Assembly (NCBI GenBank): GCA_012295275.1
Contig: CM022675.1
Span: forward strand, 8,122,001 to 8,186,000
DNA: 64,000 bases
Reading direction: 5' to 3'
DNA from: Chrysomallon squamiferum
Lineage: Eukaryota > Animalia > Mollusca
In this document: positions 33,950-49,703 of the stretch, piece after piece
How positions within the stretch are numbered: the stretch's first letter is position 1
How the letters are laid out: each line of letters opens with the position of its first letter
The notes under the pieces: model-generated
Database searches by the model: none
Told to the model about the DNA's origin: nothing
The model's input: the letters and a program-made list of their open reading frames with translations, nothing else
Made by a program: the position numbers and the translations under genes

Positions 33950-34797
33950 TATTAGTATTATTATCATAAATATTACTACTACTGTTAGTTATGTTACAAT
34001 TCTTATTATCATCATCAGCGTAATAATCATCATGATTACCTGGTTTTTCAGAAAAGGAAATATCAACAACTCGCTCTGCACAAAGACCACTTGGACACGA
34101 CAGTGTGGAGAAAATATAATCACCTCGTTTCACCAATACGGCATTCCTTAGTGCAGAAAAATGTATAGCTATGAATTCGACTGAATCAGTTTTATTTTAT
34201 TTATATTTCTGTGTTTGTAACTGTGTCTTGCTCAATGTTATTCTGAATGCATATGTTAATTTCTTTATTGTTTTAGAATAAAGTTTTAATAAAACGTAAT
34301 AACATGAAATCAGGTCAAAAGCGAGAGAAAAAGATTATTTGTCGAATGATATTAAATTCGCAAACAGATAGCCAGAGAAAACAATACACGTTTTGCACTA
34401 TGAACCGAACAATGGAGACAGAAATCTACACTCACTCAGCTCTCATATCAGCAGTTTTGTTGTTGTTGGACATAAATATCAGATGGTCCCCTGTGATGGA
34501 AAAGTGATTTCCTTTTCTGTCGTAAACGTTCGATGTGTGGCGTTGGTTTGCGGAAATCGTTCCATGAATGTTCTTACCTCCGAAAATATCCGTTTCCCAT
34601 TTTCAACTGGAAGAAAAACAGTAACAACGACGATAAAAACAAGAAAAACAGTAACCTCAATGTCAAAAGCCTGAAAACAACAACTACAAGAAAATCAAAG
34701 TGTATAAATGAAATAATCATTAAACAAATAAATAAATAAATAAATAAATAAAAAAAAAATAAGAGAATAATAATAATAGTAATAATAATACTACTAT

Positions 34798-34868
<71 letters not shown>

Positions 34869-36029
34869 TATTAGCAGTATTAACTTTGATTACATCGTCT
34901 TAGCATTTCTCGTATCATGTATTACCACAAAGAAGAATGTCCAGCAGGACTCGAGCACTGTTCTGTCCCTTATCTATCCTAGTACCTCTCATTTATCAGG
35001 TGAGGCATCAAATTAAGCGAAGATATTGTGTTCATCCATCTGTCGTCCAGAGATATGAAAATGCTTGCTTTTATCACCTGCTTATCTCGACAATTACAAT
35101 TTAGTTTGTATTGCGACATCTATGAATTCTCTGAATAAAAAGACCTTAATATTAACGTCTCTCGTTATTCATGAAACAATAATGACAGTAATAAACAGCT
35201 TGCCTGTGAGAACCTTCTGACCTACAGTCAGATGTTTCATTTTTATTACCGAACCGTCTTCGAGTACGAGATTACTGTCACCATGGAAACAACACACCAT
35301 ACAGCAATCTTTTTCGATGAGGAAAAGGTGACACCCACATTCGCAATTATGAGTACGCAGTGTTCCCCATTTACCGTCTCTAAAGAAGCCACTACAAGTA
35401 CATGTTGTTTCTGAAATGAAAATGACTCCCTGTGAACCATGTTACTAAGGAGAAGAAATGTTCAGGGCAGTGGATAGAGAGACAGTAAGATAGATACAGA
35501 GACAGACGCAGAGACAGACAAAAAACGACAAAAGTAAGGTGTAGTGGCGGACGAAGTTTAGCAAAGGATGGAGAAAGGTGGAGTGAGCCAGGATGAGTAA
35601 GTGAGTACGACAGAGAGATTTTTAGAGAACAAAGCAAAGGGAGGAAGTCAGGCACATACTAAGAACTATTCAAACTAAGGTAAAGGAGTGAAAAAGAAAA
35701 ATGCAGGAAGATTGAAAAGGGAAGTTTGAACTAGATACAAGAGGCAGGAAGAAAGGGTCATAAACAAATTCAGAGTAAACGAATGTTTAACAAACTACTT
35801 GTTGCCTATGACACGCCTCTCGTGAATTTATCAGCATGTGATATTTTATACACAGCCTTTTATTAACCAGTTGTGATTTAACACATTGGACTGGACCCAG
35901 GGTTGTGTCTTCCAAAAACAGAGAGAATCAGAGATAAAATCTGAGTTTAAATAGGAAAATATATCTCTTTTCTTTTTTACCTATTGATCGTTGTACCAAA
36001 AGTAGGAGCAAGAAAGCAAAGTATATCAT
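33544..36029 (-). pseudogene. Copy C: 8-Cys peptide-Hog gene with a 1-nt deletion in exon 3 (pseudogene or homopolymer assembly error)
   Basis: Exons 36029-35981 (MIYFAFLLLLLVQRSI), 35410-35204 (ETTCTCSGFFRDGKWGTLRTHNCECGCHLFLIEKDCCMVC|CFHG..), 34606-34436, 34146-34040, 33767-33544. Exon 3 is 171 nt versus 172 in paralogues; the T-run at about 34513-34516 is one base shorter than in copy E, shifting the frame before the TGDH motif. Confidence 0.75.
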
Positions 36030-37237
36030 ACTTTCACGGTTGCGTTTTTCTACGGCTCTGTCGTAAATATACCCGAAATGGTTTAACTTATTTGCATTAT
36101 ACAACTGCATTTGCATAGCAATAAAATTGTGAAAGAAAAAATCGATCATATATTTAAATATTTTAAAATAATCTACATAAATAAATAAAATATGTTGTGG
36201 TCAAAAAACGATTCATAGCCTGTATTTTGAAGGTACAACATTAATTCAGCTTATTTCCAAACACATTCTTATCTAACATTTCACATCTTTACGTTCAACA
36301 TTTTGCTTCAGAACACGTTCTTGTATCCTCCATCTTTGATGAAATTCTCCCGAATTTTAAATTGCATCCTATCGAAACTGAAGTTATCTGCTAACAACAG
36401 AAGGTCAGTGTTTTAGAAAAAAGATAAACTTTTCAGCAATGAATCAGCCGACTAGCTGGCCTAGCACTATTACCAATAAAGATGTCAATGATAGGTACCA
36501 CAGCCCACGGGTAACATTGATATAGGAAACTAGACAGCCATGTATTCAGAAAAAAAAAATTATCTGGCAACTGGATTCAGTGTGCCTTTAAATTGTTCGA
36601 TATCGTTCCATATTGTATGGTACAGGAATTCCCTAATTATAGGGTACATGAAAGTCTGAATAGAGCAAAGAAATACTTGTTGCTACCATGGATACGGAAG
36701 TTTACTATTTCCTGTATGACGTCACAGTACAAGACTTCAATAACCTTTGAGTTAACGACATTAACATTTTTCGTTTAAATTAGTGAAACAAACAATGTAT
36801 TATCAATCTTTTTTGTAATATTATTTATTTGTTTATTTGAGAATAACACGCTCATTATCATTATTATTTATTCATGGACTTTGCGAATACTTATTAGTAG
36901 TATCTGAAATGTAGTAATTAATATATATTCAAAACAGAGTCCATTTTCTTTGCAACTGGACATTTTTTTTCCCATCTCAGACTCCTCCCGTATGATCAAG
37001 ATCACATAGAAGAAGTTTACGGTTTAGAATATTTTCATATAAGAATCAAAATTGAAATAATTACATTTTGTTAAAAATCAAATCTACATAAAAAAATGTA
37101 GCAGATCAAAAAGTAAAATATACTGAATGGTTTAAATTACACAGCAATTCATTCGTTATCAGGGAAACACAGAAAACAGAACTGTTATTAGATTGGTTCA
37201 CGTTGTCTTCTTTCAGCTTCACGAACACAGTAGTAAT

Positions 37238-37335
<98 letters not shown>

Positions 37336-37990
37336 ACATACACAAAACAGTTCATCATATTGTAATTTTACAAAGCGATTAGCATAGTAGTAAAATACGA
37401 AGCGACAAATCAATAATATATTAAAACATTTTTAAAATCTGCATCCATTATTTCGAATTTATTTGTTGCGATTTGAATTTGTAATAAATTAGTGTAGCTT
37501 TATTCCTTTGGGAGCTAGAAACACGGCAAGCTCTATGTTAGCGAAATTCTACAAATAAAATCATTCTATTTTCTATCAAAATGGAAGACAATAAAATTGT
37601 AATTGTCATATTACAGTTGTATTATTTATATCATCTTTTATTTCCAAATTCCAAACCACTGGTCTGCCTCCAAGGAAATCAAAGTTAAAGTTTAAACACG
37701 GTGGTTAGAATAAACAGTCAAACACAGTACTGTCTATTTCTAGCATGTCAGTAAAATAACACGGGTAAAATGTAATTGCTTCTTGACAATTTTCTTCTTT
37801 TACTTTTTTTTTTTTTTTTTTTTTTTTTCTATTTTATTTCTTTCATACATATAGAATAAGAGATAACAATTCAAACAGAAAGCCAAATACACAAGATTGA
37901 CATTTGATTTAGGTTAGTGAGCGGAGATATATGCATATCTCTAAAAACATCACATTATTACTCTAAATTTTAATTTAATGTGTGTACGTA

Positions 37991-38029
<39 letters not shown>

Positions 38030-38441
38030 TATTTGGGTTCTGGTTCTAAGTGGATTATCTCAAAGGTGATCGTGTTTCCTTTAATAAATTAACCAATATT
38101 TTCTTCTCTGACTAGAATACTTCAACATCTACATTCATTTAACTTTGTTTCATTAACACAAAATCATTAATCTGACGATAATCATTAATAGTCAGCGCAC
38201 TATTTTATAAACACTAAGTAGATGCGTTAAATAACGTATATCAGTTCACTATCTGCAAGAAAACCAAGCATCGAAAAGGTTTATTCCTCTTTGAGTAGGA
38301 TACAATTTTCCTATCTTCAAAGACACAAATATCACAATACCAGCAGCTAGTAAATTAATTAGAATGATTAATTATTGGCAATACAGAGAAAAATCGATAG
38401 AAGAAGATAAATCAATGACGAAATGCTATTTGAAAACGATC

Positions 38442-38749
38442 TTAGTTCAGTATTCGGCCAGCACAGGAAGACCACAACATGACGTCTAAGGATTGCATGA
38501 GTTTCAGAATAGGACTCAATCCATTTTGTTCCCATGGTTTCAATAACCAAGGAAACCACCGGAACGGTGTCATGGCGAACTGCGCCACGTCGTGATCAAA
38601 ATAAACGTAACTCGAAGCTAAGATTCCATCCACAACAATAGTTCCTGTATCAGTCAGTGGTACGTACAACCCTGTGAAATATATTAAATATTTTGTTTTA
38701 ACAGACTCGAGATATAACATCAATAATTTATCATTTTCGTCAAACTGTT

Positions 38750-38824
<75 letters not shown>

Positions 38825-39538
38825 TGGTTTTTCAGAAAAGGAAATATCAACAACTCGCTCTGCACAAAGACCACTTGGACACGACAGTGTGGAGAAAATA
38901 TAATCACCTCGTTTCACCAATACGGCATTCCTTAATGCAGAAAAAAATGTATATATGAATAATACGACTGAATCAGTTTTATTTTATTTTCCTATTTCTG
39001 TGTTTGTAACTGTGTCTTGCTCAGTGTTATTCTGAATGCATATGTTAATTTCTTTATTGTTTTAGAATGAAGTTTTAATAAAACGAAATAACTTAAAATC
39101 AGGTCAAAAGCGAGAGAAAAAGATGATTTGTCGAATGATATTAAATTCGCAAACAGATAGCCAGAGAAAACAATACACGTTATGCACTATGAACCGAACA
39201 ATGGAGACAGAAATCTACACTCACTCAGCTCTCATATCAGCAGTTTTGTTGTTGTTGGACATAAATATCAGATGGTCCTCTGTGATGGAAAAGTGATTTC
39301 CCTTCTCTGTCGTAAACGTTCGATGTGTGGCGTTGGTTTGCGGAAATCGTTCGATGAATGTTCTTACCTCAGAAAATATTTTCTTTTCATTTTCAACTGG
39401 AAGAAAAACAGTAACAACGACGATAAAAACAAGCAAAGCAGTAACTCCAATGACAAAAGCATGAAAACTATGAAACCTATAAATCAACTAATCATTAAAC
39501 AAAGAAATAAATAGCTAAGTAAATAAGATAATAGTCAA

Positions 39539-39605
<67 letters not shown>

Positions 39606-40767
39606 TAGTATCAGTATTAACTTCGGTTACATCGACTTAGCATTTCTCATAGCTCGTATGGTATTTTTTCACGTAGGAGAATGTACAACAGGAATCGAAG
39701 ACTGATCTATCCTTTATCTATCATCGTTTCTCTCTTTTATCAGGTAAGGTTTCAATGTAAGCTCTCCAGTCCTGCCGTCAACGTTTTCGACCGTATCGCT
39801 GTCGACCAGAGACACGTAAAATGCTTGGTTTTATCACCGACATATCTCGACATTTGCAGTTTAGTTTGTATTGCGACATCTATGAATTCTACGAATATTG
39901 CGCTGCTTTCCTTTCTGGTCTTTAGCATATATCCTCACTAACAAACGGAATGTGCTACTTATTCCAGAAACCAATAACAAAAAAAAAAAAAAAAATTATA
40001 ACATTAACGTCGCTTTTTCCTCGTGAAAATAAAAGCAGTAATAATAACTTGCCTGTGAGAACCTTCTGACCTACAGTCAGATGTTTCATTTTTATTACTG
40101 ATCCGTCTTCGAGTACAAGATTACTGTCACCATGGAAACAACACGCCTTACAGCACTCTACTGAGAATGTGGAGAAGGTGACACCCACATTTGCACACAG
40201 ACGTATGCAGTGTTCCCCATTTCAAGGTTCCTAAACTTTCTTGCAAGTACATATTTTTTCTGAAATGAAAATGAGTCCCTGTGAACCATGTTACTCAGTA
40301 GAAGAAATGTTCAGGGCAGTGGATAGAGAGACAGTAAGATAGATACAGAGACAGACGCACAGAGGACAAAAGACAAAAGTAAGGTGAATTGTCGGACGAA
40401 GTTGAGAAAAGGACGGAGAAAGGGAAAAAGAGAATTTTTATGAACAAAAGGGGAAAGACTTAAAACTATTCAAACACGTTTAAACTAAAAGAAACAAGAA
40501 ACAAGAACAAAGAAAGTCATGAACACATTCAGAGAAGCAAAATAATGTTTAACAAACTGTTGTTGCCTATGACACGCCTCTCGTGAATTTATCAGCATGT
40601 CAATTGTCAATTTACCAGCACATTGGACTGGACCCTCGGTTACAGCTTGCAAAAACAGAGTGAATGACTCAGAGATTAAATTTGAGTTGAAGTAGCAAAA
40701 TATATCTCTTTTTTTTACCTGTAGATCGTTGTACCAAAAGTAGGAGTAAGAAAGCAAAATATTTCAT
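38442..40767 (-). pseudogene. Copy D: 8-Cys peptide-Hog gene with two compensating indels and an in-frame TAG in the peptide exon
   Basis: Exons 40767-40719, 40259-40053, 39396-39225, 38930-38824, 38671-38442. Exon 2 reads EKICTCKKV* (TAG at 40233-40231). The homologous LGTLKWGTLHTSVCKCGCHLL lies in a shifted frame, and the frame is regained before CCKAC|CFHG. Hog exons are intact. Confidence 0.75.
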
Positions 40768-41980
40768 ATTTACAAGGTTGTCTTTTTTGTCTACGGTTCT
40801 GTCGTAAATATACCCGAAATGGTTTAACTTATTTGCATTATACAACTGCATTTGCATAGCAATAAAAGTGTGAAAGAAGAAATCGATCATATATTTAAAT
40901 ATTTTAAAATAATCTACATAAATAAATAAAATATGTTGTGGTGAAAAGCAGATTCATAGCCTGTATTTTGAAGGTACAACATTAATTCAGCTTATTTCCG
41001 AAAACTCTCTTATCTAACATTTCACATCTTTACGTTAAACATTTTGCTTCAGAACACGTTCTTGTATCCTCCATCTTTGATGAAATTCTCCCGAATTTTA
41101 AATTGCATCCTACTAAAACTGAAGTTATCTGCTAACAACAGAAGGTCAGTGTTTTAGAAAAAAGATAAACTTTTCAGCAATGAATCAGCCGACTAGCTGG
41201 CCTAGCACTATTACCAATAAAGATGTCAACGATAGGTACCACAGCACACGGGTAACATTGATATAGGAAACTAGACAGCCATGTATTCAGAAACAAAATA
41301 ATTATCTGGCAACTGGATTCAGTGTGCCTTTAAATTGTTCGATATCGTTCCATATTGTATGGTACAGGAATTCCGTAATTATAGGGTACAGGAAAGTCTG
41401 AATAGAGCAAAGAAATACTTGTTGCTACCATGGATACGGAAGTTTACTATTTGCTGTATGACGTCACAGTAGAAGACTTCAATAACCTTGGAGTTAACGA
41501 CATTAACATTTTTCGTTTAAATTTAAGAAACAAACAATGTATTTTCAATCTTTTTGTAATATTATTTATTTGTTTATTTGAGAACAACACGCTCATTATC
41601 ATTATTATTTATTTATGGACTTTGCGAATACTTATTAGTAGTATTTGAAATGTAGTAATTAATATATATTCAAAACAGAGTCCATTTTCTTTGCAACTGG
41701 ACATTTTTTTTCTCCCATCTCAGACTCCTCCCGTATGATCAAGATCACATAGAAGAAGTTTACGGTTTAGAATATTTTCATATAAGAATCAAATTTGAAA
41801 TAATTACATTTTGTTAAAAATCAAATCTACATAAAAAAATGTAGCAGATCAAAAAGTAAAATATACTGAATGGTTTAAATTACACAGCAATTCATTCGTT
41901 ATCAGGGAAAGACAGAAAACAGAACTGTTATTAGATTGGTTCACGTTGTCTTCTTTCAGCTTCACGAACACAGTAGTAAT

Positions 41981-42098
<118 letters not shown>

Positions 42099-43174
42099 AC
42101 ATACACGAAACAGTTCATCATATTGTAATTTTACAAAGCGATTAGCATAGTAGTAAAATACGAAGCGACAAATCAATAATATATTAAAACATTTTTAAAA
42201 TCTGCATCGATTATTTCGAATTTATTTGTTGCGATTTGAATTTGTAATACATTAGTGTAGCTTTATTCTTTGGGAGCTAGAAACACGGGAAGCTCTATGT
42301 TAGCGAAATTCTACAAATAAAATCATTATATTTTCTATCAAAATTCAAGACAATAAAATTGTAATGTCATATTACAGTTGTATTATTTATATCATCTTGT
42401 ATTTCGATATTCGAAACCACTGGTCAGCGTCCAAGGAAATCAAAGTTAAAGTTTAAACACGGTGGTTAGAATAAACAGTCAAACACAGTACTGTCTATTT
42501 CTAGCATGTCAGTAAAATAACACGGGTAAAATGTAATTGCTTCTTGACAATTTTCTTGTTCTCCTTTTTTATTTTTTTTTTTTTTTTTTTTTTTTCTATT
42601 TTCTTTGTTACATAGATATAGATTAAGAGACAGAAATAGAAACAGAAAGAAAAAATAAATATAAAAGAATGACATTTGATTTAGCTCAGTCAGCTGAGAT
42701 ATACACGTATCTGTAAAATACATGTATAAAAACATTACATTATTACTCTGACCTTTATTTTAATGTGTTTTTGTGTCTGTATATATTATTTCGGTTGTGG
42801 TTCCTTTAATAAATTAACCGGTGTTTTGTTCTCTAACCAGTATGCTTCAACACCTATATTCAATTAACTTTATTTTCTTAATTTAATCAAGTGCACAAAA
42901 TCATTAAAAAGATAAAAACACTATTTTATAAACAGTAACTAAATTAGTTAAATAATAAATATCACTTCGCTATCAGCAAGAAAACCAAGGATCAAAAAAG
43001 TTTATTCCTCTTTGTGTAGGATACAATTTTCCCAGCTCCCATGTTTTGCATTGTCTTTATTTAATTATCTACTGCAAAGACGCAAATATGACAATAGCAG
43101 CAGCTAGGAAACTAAAATGCATGCAGTAATTATTGGCAAGACAGAGGAATAAAGATACAAGAAGATAAAACAAA

Positions 43175-43497
43175 TCAATAACGAAATACATAGGAAGACC
43201 ACAACATGACGTCTAAGGATTGCATGAGTTTCAGAATAGGACTCAATCCATTTTGTTCCCATGGTTTCAATAACCAAGGAAACCACCGAAACGGTGTCAT
43301 GGCGAACTGTGCTAGACCATGATCAAAATAAGCGTAATTCGAAGCCAAGATTCCATCCACAACAAGAGTTCCTGTGTCAGTCAGTGGTACGTACAACCCT
43401 GTGAAATATATTAAATATTTTATTTTTATCTATAGAAAACAGCCTAGAGATAGAAAACAGATTGGAATCAATAACTGATCACTTTCGTCCAACTATA

Positions 43498-43592
<95 letters not shown>

Positions 43593-44442
43593 TATTATTG
43601 TTATTATTATTTCTATTAGTATTATTATCATAAATATTACTACTACTGTTAGTTATGTTACAATTCTTATTATCATCATCAGCGTAATAATCATCATGAT
43701 TACCTGGTTTTTCAGAAAAGGAAATATCAACAACTCGCTCTGCACAAAGACCACTTGGACACGACAGTGTGGAGAAAATATAATCACCTCGTTTCACCAA
43801 TACGGCATTCCTTAGTGCAGAAAAATGTATAGCTATGAATACGACTGAATCAGTTTTATTTTATTTATATTTCTGTGTTTCGTAACTGTGTCTTGCTCAG
43901 TGTTATTCTGAATGCATATGTTAATTTCTTTATTGTTTTAGAATAAAGGTTTAATAAAACGTAATAACATGAAATCAGGTCAAAAGCGAGAGAAAAAGAT
44001 TATTTGTAGAATGATATTAAATTCGCAAACAGATAGCCAGATAAAACAATACACGTTATGCACCAAGAACCTAACAATGGAGACAGAAATCTACACTCAC
44101 TCAGCTCTCATATCAGCAGTTTTGTTGTTGTTGGACATAAATATCAGATGGTCCCCTGTGATGGAAAAGTGATTTCCTTTTTCTGTCGTAAACGTTCGAT
44201 GTGTGGCGTTGGTTTGCGGAAATCGTTCCATGAATGTTCTTACCTCCGAAAATATCCGTTTCCCATTTTCAACTGGAAGAAAAACAGTAACAACGACGAT
44301 AAAAATAAGAAATGCAGTAACCTCAATGTCAAAAGCCTGAAAACATCAACTACAAGAAAAACAAAGTGTATAAATGAAATAATCATTAAACAAATAAATA
44401 AATAAATAAATAAATAGCTAAGAAAATAAGAGAATAATAATA

Positions 44443-44484
<42 letters not shown>

Positions 44485-45643
44485 TATTAGCAGTATTAAC
44501 TTTGATTACATCGTCTTAGCATTTCTCGTATCGTGTATTACCACAAAGAAGAATGTCCAGCAGGACTCGAACACTGTTCTGTCCCTTATCTATCCTAGAA
44601 CCTCTCATTTATCAGGTGAGGCATCAAATTAAGCGAAGATATTGTGTTCATCAAGGTGTCGTCCAGAGATATGAAAATGCTTAGTTTTATCACCGGCATA
44701 TCTCGACAATTACAATTTTGTTTGTTTTGCGACATCTATGAATTCTCTGAATAAAAAAACCTTAATATTAACGTCTCTCGTTATTCATGAAACAATAATG
44801 ACAGTAATAAACAGCTTGCCTGTGAGAACCTTCTGACCTACAGTCAGATGTTTCATTTTTATTACCGAACCGTCTTCGAGTACGAGATTACTGTCACCAT
44901 GGAAACAACACACCATACAGCAATCTTTGTCGATGAGTAGAAGGTGACACCCACATTTGCAGTTTCGAGTACGCAGTGTTCCCCATTTCATGTTTCTAAA
45001 CAGGCCACTACAAGTACATGTTTTTTCTGAAATGAAAATGAGTCCCTGTGAGCCATGTTACTTAGCAGAAGAAATGTTCAGGGCAATGGATAGAGAGACA
45101 GTAAGATAGATACAGAGACAGACGCACAGAGGACAAAAGAGAAAAGTAAGGTGAAGTGGCGGACGAAGTTTAGCAAAGGATGGAGAAAGGTGGAGGAGCC
45201 AGGATGAGTAAGTGAGAAAGACAGAGAGATTTTTAGAGAACAAAGCAAAGGCAGGAAGTCAGGCACATACTAAGAACTATTCAAACTAAGGTAAAGGAGT
45301 GAAAAAGAAAAATGCAGTAAGGCTGAAAAGGGAAGTTTAAACTGGAAACAAGAGGCAGGAAGAAAGAGTCATAAACAAATTCAGAGTAAACGAATGTTTA
45401 ACAAACTACTTGTTGCCTATGACACGCCTCTCGTGAATTTCTCAGCATGTGATATTTTATACACAGCCTTTTATTAACCAGTTGTGATTTAACACATTGG
45501 ACTGGATCCAGGGTTATGTCTTCCTAAAACAGTGAGAATCACTCAGAGATAAAATCTGAGTTGAAATAGGAAAATATATCTCTTTCTTTTTTACCTACAG
45601 ATCGTTGTACCAAAAGTAGGAGTAAGAAAGCAAAGTATTTCAT
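43175..45643 (-). CDS. Copy E: secreted 8-Cys peptide-Hog fusion precursor, intact, about 252 aa
   Basis: Exons 45643-45595 (MKYFAFLLLLLVQRSV), 45026-44820 (EKTCTCSGLFRNMKWGTLRTRNCKCGCHLLLIDKDCCMVC|CFHGDS..; GC donor), 44272-44101 (..TFMER..SITGDHLIF), 43810-43704, 43398-43175 (..GILASNY..). Confidence 0.88.
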
Positions 45644-46234
45644 ATTTACAAGGTTGTGTTTTTCTATGGCTCTGTCGTAAATATACCCGAAATGGTTTAA
45701 CTTATTTGCATTATACAACTGCATTTGCATAGCAATAAAAGTGTGAAAAAAAATCGATCATATATTTAAATATTTTAAAATAATCTACATAAATAAATAA
45801 AATATGTTGTGGTCAAAAGCCGATTCATAGCCTGTATTTTGAAGGTACAACATTAATTCAGCTTATTTCCAAAAACTTTCTTATCTAACATTTCACATCT
45901 TTACGTTAAACATTTTGCTTCAGAACACGTTCTTGTATCCTCCATCTATAATTTTAAATTGCCTCCTATTGAGACTGAAGTTATCGACTAACAACAGAAT
46001 GTCAGTGTTTTAGAAAAAATAATTTTAACGGACACTTAGATGAAAATAAGGTTTTCACAAATTAAATAACTTAATCTCGGATTGTTTCACATGATTGAAA
46101 CCATTTTTATTTTTTAAATATTAATAACTGATTCGTTGTGTTCTGTGGACAGCGAATGTATAGAGCAAACAGATATTTTTCAAAGACAAATTATAAAAAG
46201 TGTATAAATTAATATTTTATGATTTAGTGAGTTT

Positions 46235-46296
<62 letters not shown>

Positions 46297-46455
46297 TTCT
46301 CTCGAAATAGTTAATCAAATGTTCATTCCTTAGAGCAGAAAAAAGGTATATCTATTAATATCTTTCAAATGCACTTTATCTGTGTAAAGTATTTTTAGAA
46401 GACAGATTGTATAAAAATTGTGCTTGAACGAATATTCCATAATCATGAGTTTTGA

Positions 46456-46549
<94 letters not shown>

Positions 46550-47608
46550 AAATACACGAAATGGTTTATCAAATATTTATTCAGCAGACCGATTAACATA
46601 GTCGTAAAATATGAAACGATACATTTTTAAAATCTGGATATATTATTTCAGATTCATCTGTTTTGATTTGAATTTGTAATAACTGATTGCAGCTTTATTC
46701 TTTGGATGCTAGAAATATGATAAAGTGGATGCTAGGAAAATTCCCCAAATAAAACGATTTTATTTTCTATCGCAATACAAGAAAATACCAATTATACAGT
46801 CATATTAGAATTCTAATATTCATGTCATCGTCTATTTTTAAATGTATAATTTCCAAGAAAATCAAAGTTGAAGTGTACATACGGTGGTCATAATAAACAG
46901 TCAAACAAAAAATCTGTGTTCTACTCACTTCTCACTATGTTGTATGGCCTGATCTTAAGTCTCTTGGAAACAAGACATTAACATAATACGACTCAAAAAT
47001 ATTTGATCACAGTCGATTTCTCTCTTCACAATTTTCAGTTTTTTTTTTTGTCTTGCATACGTATACCCTAAGAGAAAAAGAGAGACAGATACATAAATCA
47101 GTGACATAGTACGTTTCCAAACACATTACATTATTTTTGTATACTTCACTAAAAACATTTGAAAAATTAGAGTTTTGGGTTGCACTTCTAAATGGTTTGT
47201 CAAAATGATGATCGTGTTTCATTTAATATGAACTAATTAGTACATTGATTTCCTATCAAAATGTTTCAATTGAGTTAACGTAGTGTATTTAGTATACAAC
47301 ATCATCAATCGGACTCAGACTTATTAAAAGTAAGTTGATGAGTTAATTAACAAATAATTAAACGATTGTTTTGAACTTTGCTCCATTGTTTCACTATCTC
47401 TCGGCGCCTCAAAGATAAAAATGGTTTACTCTTGTTAGTGTAGGATAACATTTTCCTACTTTCCATGTCAGTAGTGTCTTGATTTAATTATTTACTCTCA
47501 AGACACGCATCTGACAATACCAGTAACTAGTAATTTATTTCGCTCTGAGTAATTGTTGGCATAATGCAAAATAAAAAATGAATAAGTTAATAATATTTAA
47601 AAATGACC

Positions 47609-49021
47609 ATAGTTCAGTATTCGGTAAACAAAGTAAGAAGATCTCAATTTGATATCTAAGAAAGGCACGAGTTTCAAAATGGGACTGAATCCATCATTTT
47701 TCCCATGGTTTCAGTAACCAAGGAAACCACCGAAACGGACTCTCGTAGAGGTGTGCAATATCCTGATCAAAATAAGCGTAATTGGAAGCTAAAACTCCAT
47801 CCACAACAAGAGTTCCTGTATCAGTCAGTGGTACGTACAACCGTGTGAAAAAAGTATTTAATATTGTATCTCCTCTATTGAAAACAGCATTCAGATGTAA
47901 AACTGACTGAATTAAGAACATATTTATTTTCAGTTACTATTATTATTGTTGTCGTTGTTGTTGTTGTCGTCGTCGTCGTCGCAGCGTCGTATTGATTATA
48001 GTTGTTGTTGTTGTTACCTGTTTTTTCAGAAAAAGGAAAAAATAATAACTCGCTCTGCTCAAAGACCACTTGGACACGACAGTGTGGAGAAAATATAATC
48101 ACCTCGTTTTACCATCATCGCTTTCCTTAGTGAGAAAAAAAGGATTTACCTTTTCTGTCGTAAGTGTTCGATGGGTGACATTGGTCTAGGGTATTCGTTT
48201 CAGGAAATGTTTTAATTCAGTAAATATTCGTCTTTCTCCACTTTACAGGTGCATTGTACATCTTAATAAAATCTTATTCCTTAGTAGAAGACAAACAGAG
48301 GGAAACTGCAAGAGGGAAATAGAGTGATTTTACACAGAGGAAAAGGAAGGCAAAAAACAAGGTGAGATGTAGAAAGACTAAGAGGAAAGCAGGGAGAAAG
48401 ACTGAAATAATTACACAGGAATAGGAAGGGTGATAGAGAGAGCGTGAGACACAGTGGACAGGAGAGTTGAAAGCAAAGACAGGAATTCACAGAGACCGAG
48501 GCAGAGATAGGAGAAGTAAGACAAGTATTAAAAAGGAAACGGAAAGGTAAAGCGAGGAATAATTAAAACGGAATAAGAAGGAAGAAACGAGAATAAAGTG
48601 ACAGAAACATTCCGAGTAAACGAACCTTTTTACAAACTGTTATTGCGTATGAAAGGCTGCTTTTATCAACTTTACAGCAAGCAGTCTCATACATGCACTA
48701 TGAAAAATGTTGTTTCTTATCAATCAGCTGTAGTAAATGTAATAACTGTATTAACACTGCGAGTTTTGTTCCGTGGACTCTGGGATACACTTTATTACAA
48801 ATACTCTAACTTTTATAAATACTGTAACGTACAGACGGACAGACATAGGAGGCCAATTATTCCAAATAGTATATAAATAGGCGTATGTAAAGAAAGACAG
48901 ACATCGAAAAGAGACAGAAAGATAGCGAGTTAGAAACCAAGTTTAAATTTGAAAAGAATCTCAAATACCTGCTTCAGATAGTTGTAGTAAAAGTAAGAGT
49001 AACAAAGCAGAAAAACATCAT
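47609..49021 (-). pseudogene. Copy F: decayed peptide-Hog pseudogene
   Basis: Signal exon 49021-48969 has +1 nt. The peptide/Hint-start exon is absent. Only the 5' part of exon 3 remains (about 48240-48146, TxxH lost). Exon 4 (48125-48018) has +1 nt. The last-exon acceptor is mutated (tcacac instead of tcacag), and there is a frameshift/stop at PWEK* (47694). Confidence 0.85.
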
Positions 49022-49653
49022 GGTTTCAAAAATTTTCAACTCAAAGTGTTTTTCTCTTCTATCGCCGTATATGAAATATACAGAAACTCGTTTAACTGAT
49101 TTGCATTTTACAAAGGCATTTGCATAGCCATGAAATGGTGAAAGAGAAAATCAATCATATATCAAAATATTTTACAATAATTTACATGACTCACTGAAAT
49201 ATTAATTAAATTTATTCCTTGCCAAAGTGAAATTTGCTCTTGTATCGGTTTATCTCAAATATACAGAAATTCGTTTAACTCATTTGCATTTTAGAAAAGG
49301 CATTTGCATAACCATACAATTTTGTGAAAGAAAAAATCAATCATATATCTAAATATTTTAAAATAATGTGCATAATAAATAAGTACGATATCACGTAGTT
49401 AAATTCGTTCGTTGCCATTGAAATTGTCGTCTCGGAACAGAATAAAAATGTTTTACCATGAGGACCAAATTGTCGAGAAGCTGGCCTAGCGCTGTGTCAC
49501 GGAGACCAGTCTGACTGCTATTAACACCTTAAAGTTGGCTCGTGCAGTCTAAAAGGGTTAGCGTCAAGTTACAAGGTGTTAATGACCTGATACAGCTTAA
49601 ATTACTAAATGACTAATCTGTATCGACTAGAGAATAATAACGCAAAAAGAATT

Positions 49654-49703
<50 letters not shown>

